Below are positions 46,972 to 56,748 of a stretch of 64,000 bases of DNA, piece by piece. Positions within the stretch are counted from its first letter, which is position 1, and each line of letters begins with the position of its first letter. The notes under the pieces are model-generated. The model was not told where the DNA came from. It worked only from the letters and a program-made list of their open reading frames with translations, and made no database searches. The position numbers and the translations under genes were made by a program. This DNA comes from an uncultured Lachnospiraceae bacterium (GTDB taxonomy: Bacteria; Bacillota; Clostridia; Lachnospirales; Lachnospiraceae): positions 23,953 to 87,952 of the forward strand of contig CAZOYS010000001.1 in assembly GCA_964584155.1 (NCBI GenBank), read 5' to 3'.

Positions 46972-49677
46972 ATGAATGAGAACAGGAAAATAAGAACATA
47001 CGCAGATGAACTGCTGGGCAATCCGGAAACGGCAGAAAAGCTGACGCCCATGATGGTCCATTACCTGAAGACGAAGCAGGACTATCCCACCTGCATCCTC
47101 ATGTACCGGCTCGGGGACTTTTATGAGATGTTTTTCGAGGACGCAAAGACCGTCTCCCGGGAGCTGGACCTGACTCTGACCGGCAAGGCCTGCGGACTCG
47201 ATGAAAGGGCTCCCATGTGCGGTGTCCCCTTTCACGCTGTCGATTCCTACGTGAACCGTCTCATCAAGGCCGGCTACAAGGTGGCCATCTGCGAGCAGAT
47301 GGAGGACCCCAAGTTTGCCAAAGGGATGGTGAAGCGGGACGTAAACCGAGTCATCACACCTGGCACCAATATCAATTCCGCCTCCCTTGATGAGTCGAAG
47401 AACAACTTCCTCTTTTCCATATTCTATGCGGGAGGAGCTTACGGCATTGCCTTCTGCGACGTGTCCACCGGGGATTTCTTTGTCTCTGAAGCTTCGGATT
47501 CGAGTGAGCTCTATAATCAGCTTGAGGCCAATGCCCCTTCGGAAATCATTGCCAACGATTCCTTCTTCATGTCCTCTTTTCCGGACAGTCAGTATACATC
47601 CCGGACAGGAGTGGCCTTTCAGAACCTGGACAATGCGGCCTACGATCCGGACAATGCCCTCCGGACCGTGGAGAAGCAGTTTCATGTCAATAATCCCGAA
47701 GCCCTTGGTCTCTCCCGGGATGCCCTCTGCATACCGGCCTCCGGGGCCCTGCTCGATTATCTGTATGAGACCCAGATGATTGAGCTTGCCCAGATCGCGA
47801 CGGTGAAGCAGTATGCCGGGGCTTCCTACATGGTCCTTGACGCCTCGACCCGGCGTAACCTGGAACTCACGGAAACCATGCGGGAGAAGAGAAAGTACGG
47901 TTCCCTCCTCTGGGTCTTAGACCATACCCGGACCGCCATGGGGGCCAGGAAACTGCGGCGGGAAATAGAACAGCCGCTTGTGAAAAAGGAGGTCATTGAA
48001 AAACGGCTTGATGCCGTGGAAGAGCTGAAAGATAATATGGTCCTCCGGGAGGAACTCAGAGAGTACCTGACGCAAGTCTACGACCTGGAGCGCCTTCTGA
48101 CCCGGGTGGCCTACCGGAGCGCCAATCCCCGGGACATGATAGCTCTCAAGGGGTCTCTCTCCGTCCTGCCCGCCATACAGGCGGTTCTTGATGATGCGAA
48201 GGCAGAGCTTCTCGTAAATATCCATAACGGCATCGATCCGCTTTCGGACATCAAAGACCTTCTGGAAAAGGCCATCATTGACGATCCTCCGGCTGTCATT
48301 CATGACGGGGGCATCATAAAGGCCGGCTACTCGGAAGAAGCCGACCGCCTGAAAGCGGCCAAGACCGACGGGAAACAGTGGCTTTCCGACCTGGAGGAGA
48401 AGGAGCGTCAGAAGACCGGCATCACGAAACTGAAGGTCAAGTACAATAAGGTCTTCGGCTATTACATAGAGGTTTCCAATTCTTTCAAGGACCAGGTTCC
48501 GGACTACTTCATCCGGAAGCAGACCCTTGTGAATGCGGAGCGCTACTACACGCCGGAACTCAAGGAACTGGAAAACACGATTCTGGGCTCGGAGGAGCGG
48601 CTTCTGTCCCTGGAGAGGGAACTCTATTCCGAGGTCCTCGACAAAACAGCCCAGGAAATCAAGCGGATTCAGAAGACGGCCGGCTTCATAGCGGAGCTGG
48701 ATTTTTACCAGTCCCTGGCCTATACGGCAGACCGAAACCGCTATGTCCGGCCGACGCTTAATACAAAAGGCCGCATTGAGATAAAGGACGGCCGGCATCC
48801 GGTCATCGAGAAGCTACGGCAGGACGAGCTCTTCATTGAAAACGACACATTTCTGGACAATGAAGACCATAGGATTGCCATTATCACAGGCCCCAATATG
48901 GCCGGCAAGTCCACCTATATGAGGCAGACGGCCCTGATCGTCCTCATGGCCCAGACGGGATCCTTCGTTCCCGCATCCAGGGCGGACATTGGCCTGTGTG
49001 ACCGGGTGTTCACCCGGGTCGGGGCTTCCGACGACCTGGGGTCCGGTCAGTCCACCTTCATGGTGGAAATGAACGAGGTGGCGAATATCCTGAAAAACGC
49101 TACAAAGAATTCCCTTTTGATTCTCGACGAAATCGGCCGGGGAACCTCTACCTATGACGGCCTTTCCATCGCCTGGTCCGTAGTCGAATACATAGCGGAC
49201 AAGGGGAAGATCGGGGCCAAGACCCTGTTTGCCACCCACTATCATGAACTGACGGAGCTCGAGGGCCGGGTGCCCGGAGTCAATAATTATTGCGTGGCTG
49301 TCCGGGAAAACGGAGACGATATCGTCTTCCTCCGGAAGATTGTGAAGGGCGGGGCGGATAAGTCCTACGGTATTGCCGTGGCCCGTCTGGCCGGCCTGCC
49401 GGATGAGGTCCTGACCCGGGCGGATGAAATCGCAAATGAGCTTTCCGCCAGCGATATTTCAAAGGAACATGAGAAAAAGCCAACTGTTCCTGCGGCTCCG
49501 GAGCCTGTCTTCACCCAGATTTCCCTTTTTGACAATGCACCGAAGGTAGAAGGCCTGACTGCCTCCGAGAAGAAAATCATGGAGACCCTCCGCGGCATGA
49601 ACATAAATGATATGACCCCCATGTCCGCCATGAACAAACTGAACAGCCTTATAAAACTGGCTGAAAAGGACCTGTAG
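46972..49677 (+). CDS. mutS: DNA mismatch repair protein MutS
   Basis: TPMMVHYLKTK, GDFYEMFFEDA, Walker A GPNMAGKST and DEIGRGTSTYDG motifs. Confidence 0.97.
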   Translation: MNENRKIRTYADELLGNPETAEKLTPMMVHYLKTKQDYPTCILMYRLGDFYEMFFEDAKTVSRELDLTLTGKACGLDERAPMCGVPFHAVDSYVNRLIKAGYKVAICEQMEDPKFAKGMVKRDVNRVITPGTNINSASLDESKNNFLFSIFYAGGAYGIAFCDVSTGDFFVSEASDSSELYNQLEANAPSEIIANDSFFMSSFPDSQYTSRTGVAFQNLDNAAYDPDNALRTVEKQFHVNNPEALGLSRDALCIPASGALLDYLYETQMIELAQIATVKQYAGASYMVLDASTRRNLELTETMREKRKYGSLLWVLDHTRTAMGARKLRREIEQPLVKKEVIEKRLDAVEELKDNMVLREELREYLTQVYDLERLLTRVAYRSANPRDMIALKGSLSVLPAIQAVLDDAKAELLVNIHNGIDPLSDIKDLLEKAIIDDPPAVIHDGGIIKAGYSEEADRLKAAKTDGKQWLSDLEEKERQKTGITKLKVKYNKVFGYYIEVSNSFKDQVPDYFIRKQTLVNAERYYTPELKELENTILGSEERLLSLERELYSEVLDKTAQEIKRIQKTAGFIAELDFYQSLAYTADRNRYVRPTLNTKGRIEIKDGRHPVIEKLRQDELFIENDTFLDNEDHRIAIITGPNMAGKSTYMRQTALIVLMAQTGSFVPASRADIGLCDRVFTRVGASDDLGSGQSTFMVEMNEVANILKNATKNSLLILDEIGRGTSTYDGLSIAWSVVEYIADKGKIGAKTLFATHYHELTELEGRVPGVNNYCVAVRENGDDIVFLRKIVKGGADKSYGIAVARLAGLPDEVLTRADEIANELSASDISKEHEKKPTVPAAPEPVFTQISLFDNAPKVEGLTASEKKIMETLRGMNINDMTPMSAMNKLNSLIKLAEKDL

Positions 49678-49727
49678 TATAAAGCCGCAGGCTGGTAGAA
49701 TTATGCATTATTATAAGGACCATCAAT

Positions 49728-51728
49728 ATGTCTGAAAGAGCAGAAATCCGCCTCCTCGACCCCGAGACCGTTGACAAGATCGCTGCCGGGGAAGTTGTGG
49801 AACGGCCGGCCTCCGTTGCAAAGGAACTCATAGAAAACGCCATAGATGCCGGGGCAAAGAATATCACGGTCGAGTGGAAGGACGGGGGTATTTCCTACCT
49901 CCGGGTCACGGACGACGGATCCGGAATCCCTGCTGACCAGCTTCAGGCCGCCTTTCTCCGCCACTCCACCAGCAAGCTCCGGACCATAAAGGACCTTGAT
50001 TCCATTGCTTCCCTGGGCTTCCGGGGTGAGGCCCTGTCTTCGATTGCGGCCGTTTCCAAAACCGAAGTATTTACAAAGACCGCAGATGAAGTCATGGGCA
50101 GCCGCTACTGCATAGAGGGCTCTCAGGAGGTCAGCCTGGAGGAGACGGCGGCCCCCAACGGGACCAGCATATTTGTAAGACAATTATTCTATAACACCCC
50201 GGTGCGGAGGAAGTTTTTAAAGTCCCCCATGACCGAGGGCAATTACTTAAACGAGCTCTGCGCCCGCATAGCCCTGTCCCATCCGGAGGTTTCCTTCTCC
50301 CTGATTGCGGACGGACGGGAGAAGCTCTTCACCCCCGGAAACGGCAAGCTTTTCGACTGCATCTACCGGGAGGACGGGAGAGAGGTGGCAGGCCATCTCT
50401 ATGATATTTCCTACTCCGACGAGACCCTTTCTGTCCGAGGCTTTCTGGGCCAGCCTGAGATCAGGCGTTCCAACCGCAGCCGGGAAATCTTCTTCGTAAA
50501 CGGCCGATATATCCGCAGTAAAACTCTCTCGAAAGCCGTGGAGGATGCCTACCAGGGCTTCCTCATGCTCCACCAGTATCCCTACTGCGTTCTTTTCCTG
50601 ACCTTCCCTGACGGCCACGTCGACGTGAATGTCCATCCCCGTAAGGCTGAGGTCCGCTTTACGGACGAGCCGGCGGTCTATGACTCCGTCTATAAGGCCG
50701 TCCGCCTGCGCCTTTCGGCAGCCGTGGATATTCCGAAGGCAGATTTTTCAACGGCCGATGAAAAAGTCGTAAGCACGGATGAAAAGGCTCCGGAAATATT
50801 CGAGCAGTCGAGGCTCCAGACCTATAAGGAGGCCGTTCAGCAGGAAATTGCTGCATCGCTCCCGGTAGAGCAGGCACCGGACAGCAGCCATTCCACGGAT
50901 TCTGAAGGAAGGCGTCTGTCCGCAGGAATTGATTCGGCCAAAAACAGTTTCCTTTCTTCTGCTGCAGCAGCTGAAGAGAACCCTTCGCCTGCTGCCACAG
51001 AACCCCCGGCTCCTTCCTATGACACTGTGAATTTCAGCCACCGGACAAACCGTGTTGCGGCTGAAGCGGCCGGGGCGGCACCGGCAGTTTTCATGCGCTC
51101 GGCTGCTTCCGAAAAGCCGGAGCAGATCTCCTTCCTCTCAGAGGAAGCTGTCAAAAGCCACCGCATCATAGGGCAGATCTTTGAGACCTACTGGATCGTG
51201 GAGTACGACGGAAAAGTCTATATCATAGACCAGCATGCGGCCCACGAAAAGGTCATGTACGAGCGCTTCATGAAGCAGTACGGACAGAAGGAGATGACGA
51301 GTCAGCAGATTGCCCCGCCCATCGTTCTCTCCCTTTCGCCGGTGGAGGAAGAAACCTACCGGACCTACAGCGAGGCCTTTGCCGAGCTGGGATATGAGGT
51401 CGAGAGTTTCGGGGGTTCCGAGTACCGGATTACGGCCGTACCCGGAAATCTCTATTCCCTTGACCCGGAGCAGATCTTCCTCGAGACCCTCTCTGACCTT
51501 GCCAACGGCAAGGGAAGGGCAATTAACGACACCCTCTATATCCGGGTGGCAACAATGGCCTGCAAAGCCGCGGTAAAGGGAAACACCCGCCTTCCCGAGC
51601 CGGAGGCGAGGGCCCTGATAGAAGAGCTTCTGACTCTGGACAATCCCTACCACTGTCCCCACGGGCGTCCGACCATGATTTCCATTTCGGAAACGGACCT
51701 GGAAAAGCGTTTCAAACGGATTGTCTGA
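49728..51728 (+). CDS. mutL: DNA mismatch repair protein MutL
   Basis: IAAGEVVERPASVAKELIENAIDAG GHKL ATPase motif and the C-terminal endonuclease-domain CPHGRPT motif. Confidence 0.97.
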   Translation: MSERAEIRLLDPETVDKIAAGEVVERPASVAKELIENAIDAGAKNITVEWKDGGISYLRVTDDGSGIPADQLQAAFLRHSTSKLRTIKDLDSIASLGFRGEALSSIAAVSKTEVFTKTADEVMGSRYCIEGSQEVSLEETAAPNGTSIFVRQLFYNTPVRRKFLKSPMTEGNYLNELCARIALSHPEVSFSLIADGREKLFTPGNGKLFDCIYREDGREVAGHLYDISYSDETLSVRGFLGQPEIRRSNRSREIFFVNGRYIRSKTLSKAVEDAYQGFLMLHQYPYCVLFLTFPDGHVDVNVHPRKAEVRFTDEPAVYDSVYKAVRLRLSAAVDIPKADFSTADEKVVSTDEKAPEIFEQSRLQTYKEAVQQEIAASLPVEQAPDSSHSTDSEGRRLSAGIDSAKNSFLSSAAAAEENPSPAATEPPAPSYDTVNFSHRTNRVAAEAAGAAPAVFMRSAASEKPEQISFLSEEAVKSHRIIGQIFETYWIVEYDGKVYIIDQHAAHEKVMYERFMKQYGQKEMTSQQIAPPIVLSLSPVEEETYRTYSEAFAELGYEVESFGGSEYRITAVPGNLYSLDPEQIFLETLSDLANGKGRAINDTLYIRVATMACKAAVKGNTRLPEPEARALIEELLTLDNPYHCPHGRPTMISISETDLEKRFKRIV

Positions 51729-51738
51729 ACAAGAAATT

Positions 51739-52743
51739 ATGTCAAACATTAATGATTTTTCTCTTCGCGACCGCACTGCGGGGCAGGAAAAGCCTAAGCT
51801 TTTGGTCGTGGCAGGCCCGACGGCCTCCGGGAAAAGCGCCCTGGCCGTTTCCCTCTGTCAGCGCCTGGGCGGCTCCGTGATTTCCTGCGACTCCATGCAG
51901 GTCTATAAAGGCCTCGACATCGGCTCGGCAAAGATCACTCCTGAAGAGATGGGCGGTATCCGCCACTATATGATCGATGTGGCAGAGCCGGAGGATCCCT
52001 TCTATGTAGCCCGCTTTCAGGCCATGGCAAAGGAAGCTCTCTGTGAAATATACAGCCGGCAGGAACTCCCCGTCCTCTGCGGAGGGACCGGCTTTTATAT
52101 TAATTCCGTCCTTTACGACACGGACTTTTCCGATGAGGGAGAAGACGAGGCCCTGCGGCAGAAGCTTTCATCCTTTGCCGCCGAATACGGAAACCATGCC
52201 CTGCGCGAGAAACTGAAGGCCATAGACCCCGTCTCCTATGAGACAATTCATGAGAATAATGTAAAGCGCGTCATCCGGGCCATCGAATATTATGAGCACA
52301 CCGGGGAGCCCATTTCGGCCCACAACGAAGAGGAGAGAGAAAAAGGCTCTCCCTATGATTTTGTCTTCTTTCTTCTGACTGACGACCGGGAAAAGCTCTA
52401 TGCGCGAATCGACAGAAGAGTGGACGCCATGGTGGAAGCCGGACTTTATGACGAGGTGAAGGGGCTCTACGACAGGGGCCTTCGGCAGACGGACATCTCC
52501 ATGCAGGGAATTTCCTACCGCCAGTTCATGGACTGCATCGAAGGAAAGGCGTCTTTTGATGAAACGGTGGAAAGAATCAAGCTCGAATCCCGCCACTATG
52601 CCAAGCGCCAGCTGACCTGGTTTCGCCGCCAGGAGGGGGCTGTGATCCTGAACAGGACAGCCTGTGGAGGTACGGACGAAGGGGTGCTTGACGCGGCCCT
52701 TCATGTTCTCACAGAATGCGGTTTCTATGGTGGGGATTTGTAG
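51739..52743 (+). CDS. miaA: tRNA dimethylallyltransferase
   Basis: P-loop GPTASGKS, and conserved synteny after mutL. The start is uncertain: ATG at 51739 or TTG at 51721. Confidence 0.93.
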   Translation: MSNINDFSLRDRTAGQEKPKLLVVAGPTASGKSALAVSLCQRLGGSVISCDSMQVYKGLDIGSAKITPEEMGGIRHYMIDVAEPEDPFYVARFQAMAKEALCEIYSRQELPVLCGGTGFYINSVLYDTDFSDEGEDEALRQKLSSFAAEYGNHALREKLKAIDPVSYETIHENNVKRVIRAIEYYEHTGEPISAHNEEEREKGSPYDFVFFLLTDDREKLYARIDRRVDAMVEAGLYDEVKGLYDRGLRQTDISMQGISYRQFMDCIEGKASFDETVERIKLESRHYAKRQLTWFRRQEGAVILNRTACGGTDEGVLDAALHVLTECGFYGGDL

Positions 52744-52759
52744 CAATCCACAGTTATAT

Positions 52760-52898
52760 ACCCAAATTACGATTGCATTTGGCGGACATTTGCTGCGTAT
52801 TTCTTTTGTGACCCAACATTTTATTTTCTTTTGGTGGACTTTTGTAAAAAATCGTCTCAATTGGTCCAACACGCCGATGTTTTTTGTGGATTTTTGTA
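52760..52898 (+). repeat. Three degenerate tandem units (~52 bp period): ACCCAA-N12/13-TTTGGYGGAYWTTTG
   Basis: The cores are TTTGGCGGACATTTG (52778-52792), TTTGGTGGACTTTTG (52830-52844) and TTTGTGGATTTTTG (52883-52896). Each lies 18-19 nt after ACCCAA (52760, 52811) or GTCCAA (52864). Confidence 0.6.
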
Positions 52899-52920
52899 TT
52901 GAAATGAGGATATAGGAACA

Positions 52921-54213
52921 ATGAATTCAAGTGAGATGTATGTAAGCATGGGCATAAGCCCCGAAGTTCTATCTTTTGGAGAAAAGATTATGGACAGCCT
53001 GAAAGAGCGCTTTTCCGCCATCGATGAACTGGCGGAAGTAAACCAGCTCAAGGTTCTGCGGGCCATGCAGAAAAATAAAGTTTCGGCCGAGTGCTTCAAC
53101 GGTTCCACCGGCTACGGTTATGATGATTTCGGCCGGGACACCCTTGAAAAGGTATATGCCGATGCCCTCGGCGGAGAGGACTGCCTCGTCCGGCCCCAGA
53201 TTACCTGCGGGACCCATGCCCTGGCCCTGGCCCTCATGTCAAATCTCCGGCCCGGGGACGAGCTTTATTCCCCGGTGGGAAAGCCCTATGACACTCTGGA
53301 CGAGGTCATCGGAATCCGGCCCCAGAAGGGCTCCCTGGCGGAATACGGCGTCACCTATGCCCAGACGGACCTCCTTCCCGGCAGCAAATTCGACTATGAG
53401 GATATAAGGAAAAAGATAAATGAGCGGACCGCCCTCGTGGAAATCCAGCGTTCGAGAGGCTATGCCGGCCGGAAGACCTTCACGATTGCAGAACTGTCCG
53501 ACCTCATTTCCTTCATCCGTTCCGTAAAGCCCGATGTGAAAATCATGGTGGACAACTGCTACGGGGAATTTATAGAAGATAAGGAACCCCTGGCCGTCGG
53601 AGCGGATATCATCGTCGGCTCCCTCATCAAGAATCCGGGAGGCGGCCTGGCCCCCATCGGCGGCTACATCTGCGGGGATCATGACATGGTGGAGAATGCG
53701 GCCTACCGTCTGACGGCACCCGGTCTCGGCAAGGAAGTCGGAGCATCACTCGACGTCATGCGGACCCTCTACCAGGGCTTCTTCCTGGCACCCACTGTCA
53801 CGGCAGCTGCAGAGAAGACGGCCATCTTTGCTGCGGCCTGCTTTGAAAAGCTGGGCTACCATGTTTCGCCTTCATCGACTGAAAAGAGAGGAGACATCAT
53901 AGAATCCGTGGACTTAAATTCCCGGGAAGGCCTCCTCGCTTTCTGTTCCGGCATCCAGGCCGCAGCTCCCGTTGATTCATTTGTAACCCCTGAACCCTGG
54001 GACATGCCCGGCTACGACGACCAGGTCATCATGGCGGCAGGGGCCTTTGTACAGGGCTCTTCGATTGAACTTTCCGCTGACGGGCCCCTGCGTCCCCCTT
54101 ACCGGGTCTTCTTCCAGGGCGGCCTGACCTGGCCCCACGGCAAGTTCGGAATCCTCATGGCCATGCAAAAAATGTACGAGGCCAATCTTTACGATAAAAG
54201 CCTCTTATGCTAA
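52921..54213 (+). CDS. YnbB-like PLP-dependent protein (methionine gamma-lyase / 'aluminium resistance' family)
   Basis: Family-typical sequence, from memory (GYGYDDFGRD, GSLIKNPGGG). Position after miaA as in Bacillus. GAGGA SD is present. Confidence 0.8.
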   Translation: MNSSEMYVSMGISPEVLSFGEKIMDSLKERFSAIDELAEVNQLKVLRAMQKNKVSAECFNGSTGYGYDDFGRDTLEKVYADALGGEDCLVRPQITCGTHALALALMSNLRPGDELYSPVGKPYDTLDEVIGIRPQKGSLAEYGVTYAQTDLLPGSKFDYEDIRKKINERTALVEIQRSRGYAGRKTFTIAELSDLISFIRSVKPDVKIMVDNCYGEFIEDKEPLAVGADIIVGSLIKNPGGGLAPIGGYICGDHDMVENAAYRLTAPGLGKEVGASLDVMRTLYQGFFLAPTVTAAAEKTAIFAAACFEKLGYHVSPSSTEKRGDIIESVDLNSREGLLAFCSGIQAAAPVDSFVTPEPWDMPGYDDQVIMAAGAFVQGSSIELSADGPLRPPYRVFFQGGLTWPHGKFGILMAMQKMYEANLYDKSLLC

Positions 54214-54275
54214 ACTGTAATGACCTGCGGGCAGTTGAGATGCGCCCATTTACAGGCTTTTGAGGAAAGAATGAC

Positions 54276-54305
54276 ACCGCCAGAATGATGGCGGTTTACA
54301 TTATT
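54276..54305 (+). terminator. Possible intrinsic terminator after the ynbB-like gene
   Basis: ACCGCCA / TGGCGGT forms a 7-bp stem with loop GAATGA, followed by a T-rich TTTACATTATT tail. Confidence 0.45.
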
Positions 54306-54337
54306 CATGATAGAACGGACCTGAAAGGAGAGGTTTC

Positions 54338-55351
54338 ATGTCGAACGGGTACGGGATAGATATGGGAACCGGGAATCTGAAAATATACGATAAGAGCAAG
54401 GGCCAGGTCGTGATGGAGAAAAACACCATCGCCATCGTGGACAAGAACCGCATGTACGCCTACGGGGACGAGGCCTATTCCATGTACGAGAAGGCTCCGG
54501 AGACCATCAATGTCTCTTTTCCCATCGTAAACGGGGTCATCGCGGACTTCGACAATATGCAGACCATGCTGCTGGAGATTCTAAGGACCAGGCTCGGCGC
54601 CCACTTGAAGGGGGCAGACATCGTCCTTTCCGTCCCGACAGACATCACGGAGGTCGAAAAGAAGGCCTTCTACGATATCTTCGCAAAGACAAAGATCAAG
54701 GCGAGAAGCATCCTTCTCTGCGAGAAGTCCCTGGCGGACGCTCTCGGCCTCGGCCTTGACATCTCCCAGCCCACCGGCATCATGGTCGTGGACATGGGGG
54801 CGGACACGACTGAAATCTCCGTCATTTCCCTGGGCGGCCTCGTGCTTTCAAACCTGATCCCTTTCGGCGGCAACAAGCTGGACGAGGCTATCGTCACTCA
54901 CCTGAAGCGGAAGTTCAACCTCGTCATAGGTAAGAAAACGGCCAAGGAACTGAAGGAGAATATCGGCTCGGCCCTGAATGAAAAGCAGGAGAAAATGACG
55001 GTTGTCGGCCGTGACGTCGTATCCGGCCTTCCCATCGAGATGGAAGTTTCCTCTGAAATCATCTATGAAGGCATCCGGGATGATCTGACGAATATCTCAA
55101 ACTCCATCCGCCTCATCCTCGAGAAGGTGCCGCCGGAACTGGCCAAGGACATCGTCCATTCCGGCATCTACCTGACCGGGGGCTCGGCCAATATCGACTC
55201 CGTGGATACATTTGTCAAAAACATCACGAATATCGACGTCAATGTGGCTGACGACGGAGCTGTGACAGCGGCCAAGGGCCTGGGGAAAATCCTGACGGAT
55301 CCCGACTGCAGCCGCTACGGATACAGCATCAAATCCAGAATTTTCAGGTGA
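54338..55351 (+). CDS. mreB: Rod shape-determining protein MreB
   Basis: Actin-fold motifs (GIDMGTGN, VVDMGADTTE) and synteny with mreC/mreD. Confidence 0.93.
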   Translation: MSNGYGIDMGTGNLKIYDKSKGQVVMEKNTIAIVDKNRMYAYGDEAYSMYEKAPETINVSFPIVNGVIADFDNMQTMLLEILRTRLGAHLKGADIVLSVPTDITEVEKKAFYDIFAKTKIKARSILLCEKSLADALGLGLDISQPTGIMVVDMGADTTEISVISLGGLVLSNLIPFGGNKLDEAIVTHLKRKFNLVIGKKTAKELKENIGSALNEKQEKMTVVGRDVVSGLPIEMEVSSEIIYEGIRDDLTNISNSIRLILEKVPPELAKDIVHSGIYLTGGSANIDSVDTFVKNITNIDVNVADDGAVTAAKGLGKILTDPDCSRYGYSIKSRIFR

Positions 55352-55357
55352 ACATAA

Positions 55358-56212
55358 ATGCCTGTCAGAAACAAGAGAAATATTCCTAGCCGGTATATAC
55401 TGTTTGCCCTGACCACGGTAGCCATTCTGCTTCTCTTTTTCAGCTATGCTACGGGTTTTTCAGGCGGTGTCTTCGAAGAGGCAGCCGCCTATATTTTCGT
55501 GCCCATGGAAAAGGGAATCACTTATGTCTCGAACGCTGCGGCCGAGTCCTCGAAGGACCGGGAGACGAAAGCAGCTTTGCAGGCGGAAAACGCGGATTTA
55601 CAGTCCCAGGTGGAAAAACTCCGGGAAGATAATACCAAGGCCAAGCTGGAGCAGGAAGAGCTGCAGCGCCTGAGGACCCTGCTGGAACTCAAGGATACCT
55701 ATAATAATTACCAGACGACCGGGGCCCATGTGATTGCGAAGAGTCAGTCCAACTGGTTCAATACGTTTACGATTGACAAGGGCTCTTCCGACGGCATCGA
55801 GAAAAATATGAATGTCATTGCCGGCGGCGGTCTCTGCGGGATTGTCACGGATGTGGGCAGCCACTATGCCGTCGTGAAGGCCATTGTGGACGATACGGCA
55901 AACGTAAGCGCCATGGTGGTTTCCAGCCAGGACAACTGTATCGTTTCCGGATCTCTTCAGTCCATGACGGAAGAGGGGACCATCCGTTTTTCCAACCTGC
56001 AGGACGAAAAGGGGACAGCTGCTGTCGGTGACCCTGTCGTCACCAGCAATTTTTCCAGCGAATATGTGCCGGGTGTTTTGATCGGCTACATGACCAGCAT
56101 AGAGGCGGACAGCAACAATCTCACGAAATCCGGGAAAATCACCCCGGTCTGTGACTTCCGCCACCTGTCTGAAGTCCTTGTGATTCTGCAGCAGAAGGAG
56201 AATGCCCAGTGA
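55358..56212 (+). CDS. mreC: Rod shape-determining protein MreC
   Basis: N-terminal TM helix, a coiled coil (ENADLQSQVEKLRED), a C-terminal beta domain, and synteny. Confidence 0.9.
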   Translation: MPVRNKRNIPSRYILFALTTVAILLLFFSYATGFSGGVFEEAAAYIFVPMEKGITYVSNAAAESSKDRETKAALQAENADLQSQVEKLREDNTKAKLEQEELQRLRTLLELKDTYNNYQTTGAHVIAKSQSNWFNTFTIDKGSSDGIEKNMNVIAGGGLCGIVTDVGSHYAVVKAIVDDTANVSAMVVSSQDNCIVSGSLQSMTEEGTIRFSNLQDEKGTAAVGDPVVTSNFSSEYVPGVLIGYMTSIEADSNNLTKSGKITPVCDFRHLSEVLVILQQKENAQ

Positions 56213-56748
56213 GCAAGCTCCGTCCCCTGATCCGGCGGATCCTGATTACCGCCGCTTTGATTATCGTCCTGTTTCTCCTGCAGGTCTCCGTTTTCTCCCG
56301 CCTGACGCTGGGAAACGTGGCTCCGAACTGCCTCCTTATCCTGATTTCCTTCGCCGGTTTCACCCGGGGGCGGAAGGAGGGCATGATCGTGGGCTTTTTT
56401 TCCGGCCTTCTTCTTGACCTCTTTCTGGGAAGCTGGTTCGGAATGTATGCCCTGATCTACATGTATATCGGTTTCATCAACGGCTTCTTTCGCAAGGTCT
56501 TCTTCGGAGATGACATGAAGCTCCCCCTGCTTTTCATCGGGGTGTCCGACCTCATGTACGGCTACATCATCTACTTCTTTCTCTTTTTTACGAGGCAGAG
56601 GACGGATGTCCTTTTCTACACCCTGAATATCATCCTGCCGGAGGCAGTGTATACCATCCTCCTGGCGGTCATCCTGTATGTTCCCCTTCTCCTGATCTAT
56701 AACTGGCTCGGGAAGACGGACCAAAGGAGTACAAAGAGCTTTGTCTGA
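56209..56748 (+). CDS. mreD: Rod shape-determining protein MreD
   Basis: Small polytopic membrane protein. The GTG start overlaps the mreC stop (GTGA) and has a GAAGGAG SD. Synteny supports the call. Confidence 0.85.
   Translation: MSKLRPLIRRILITAALIIVLFLLQVSVFSRLTLGNVAPNCLLILISFAGFTRGRKEGMIVGFFSGLLLDLFLGSWFGMYALIYMYIGFINGFFRKVFFGDDMKLPLLFIGVSDLMYGYIIYFFLFFTRQRTDVLFYTLNIILPEAVYTILLAVILYVPLLLIYNWLGKTDQRSTKSFV

Noticed and set aside
52744-52920. A degraded hfq gene or a mini CRISPR array in the miaA-ynbB spacer
   Set aside because: None of the six frames gives any Sm-like Hfq sequence. The three repeats are degenerate and contiguous rather than identical repeats separated by unique spacers, and no cas genes are nearby.
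54289-54308. The recurrent motif as a dif/Xer site, because its reverse complement ATGAATAATGTAAAC resembles the right arm of the Bacillus dif site (recalled from memory)
   Set aside because: A dif site is single-copy and 28 bp long with two arms. This motif occurs eight times in 64 kb and lacks the left arm.
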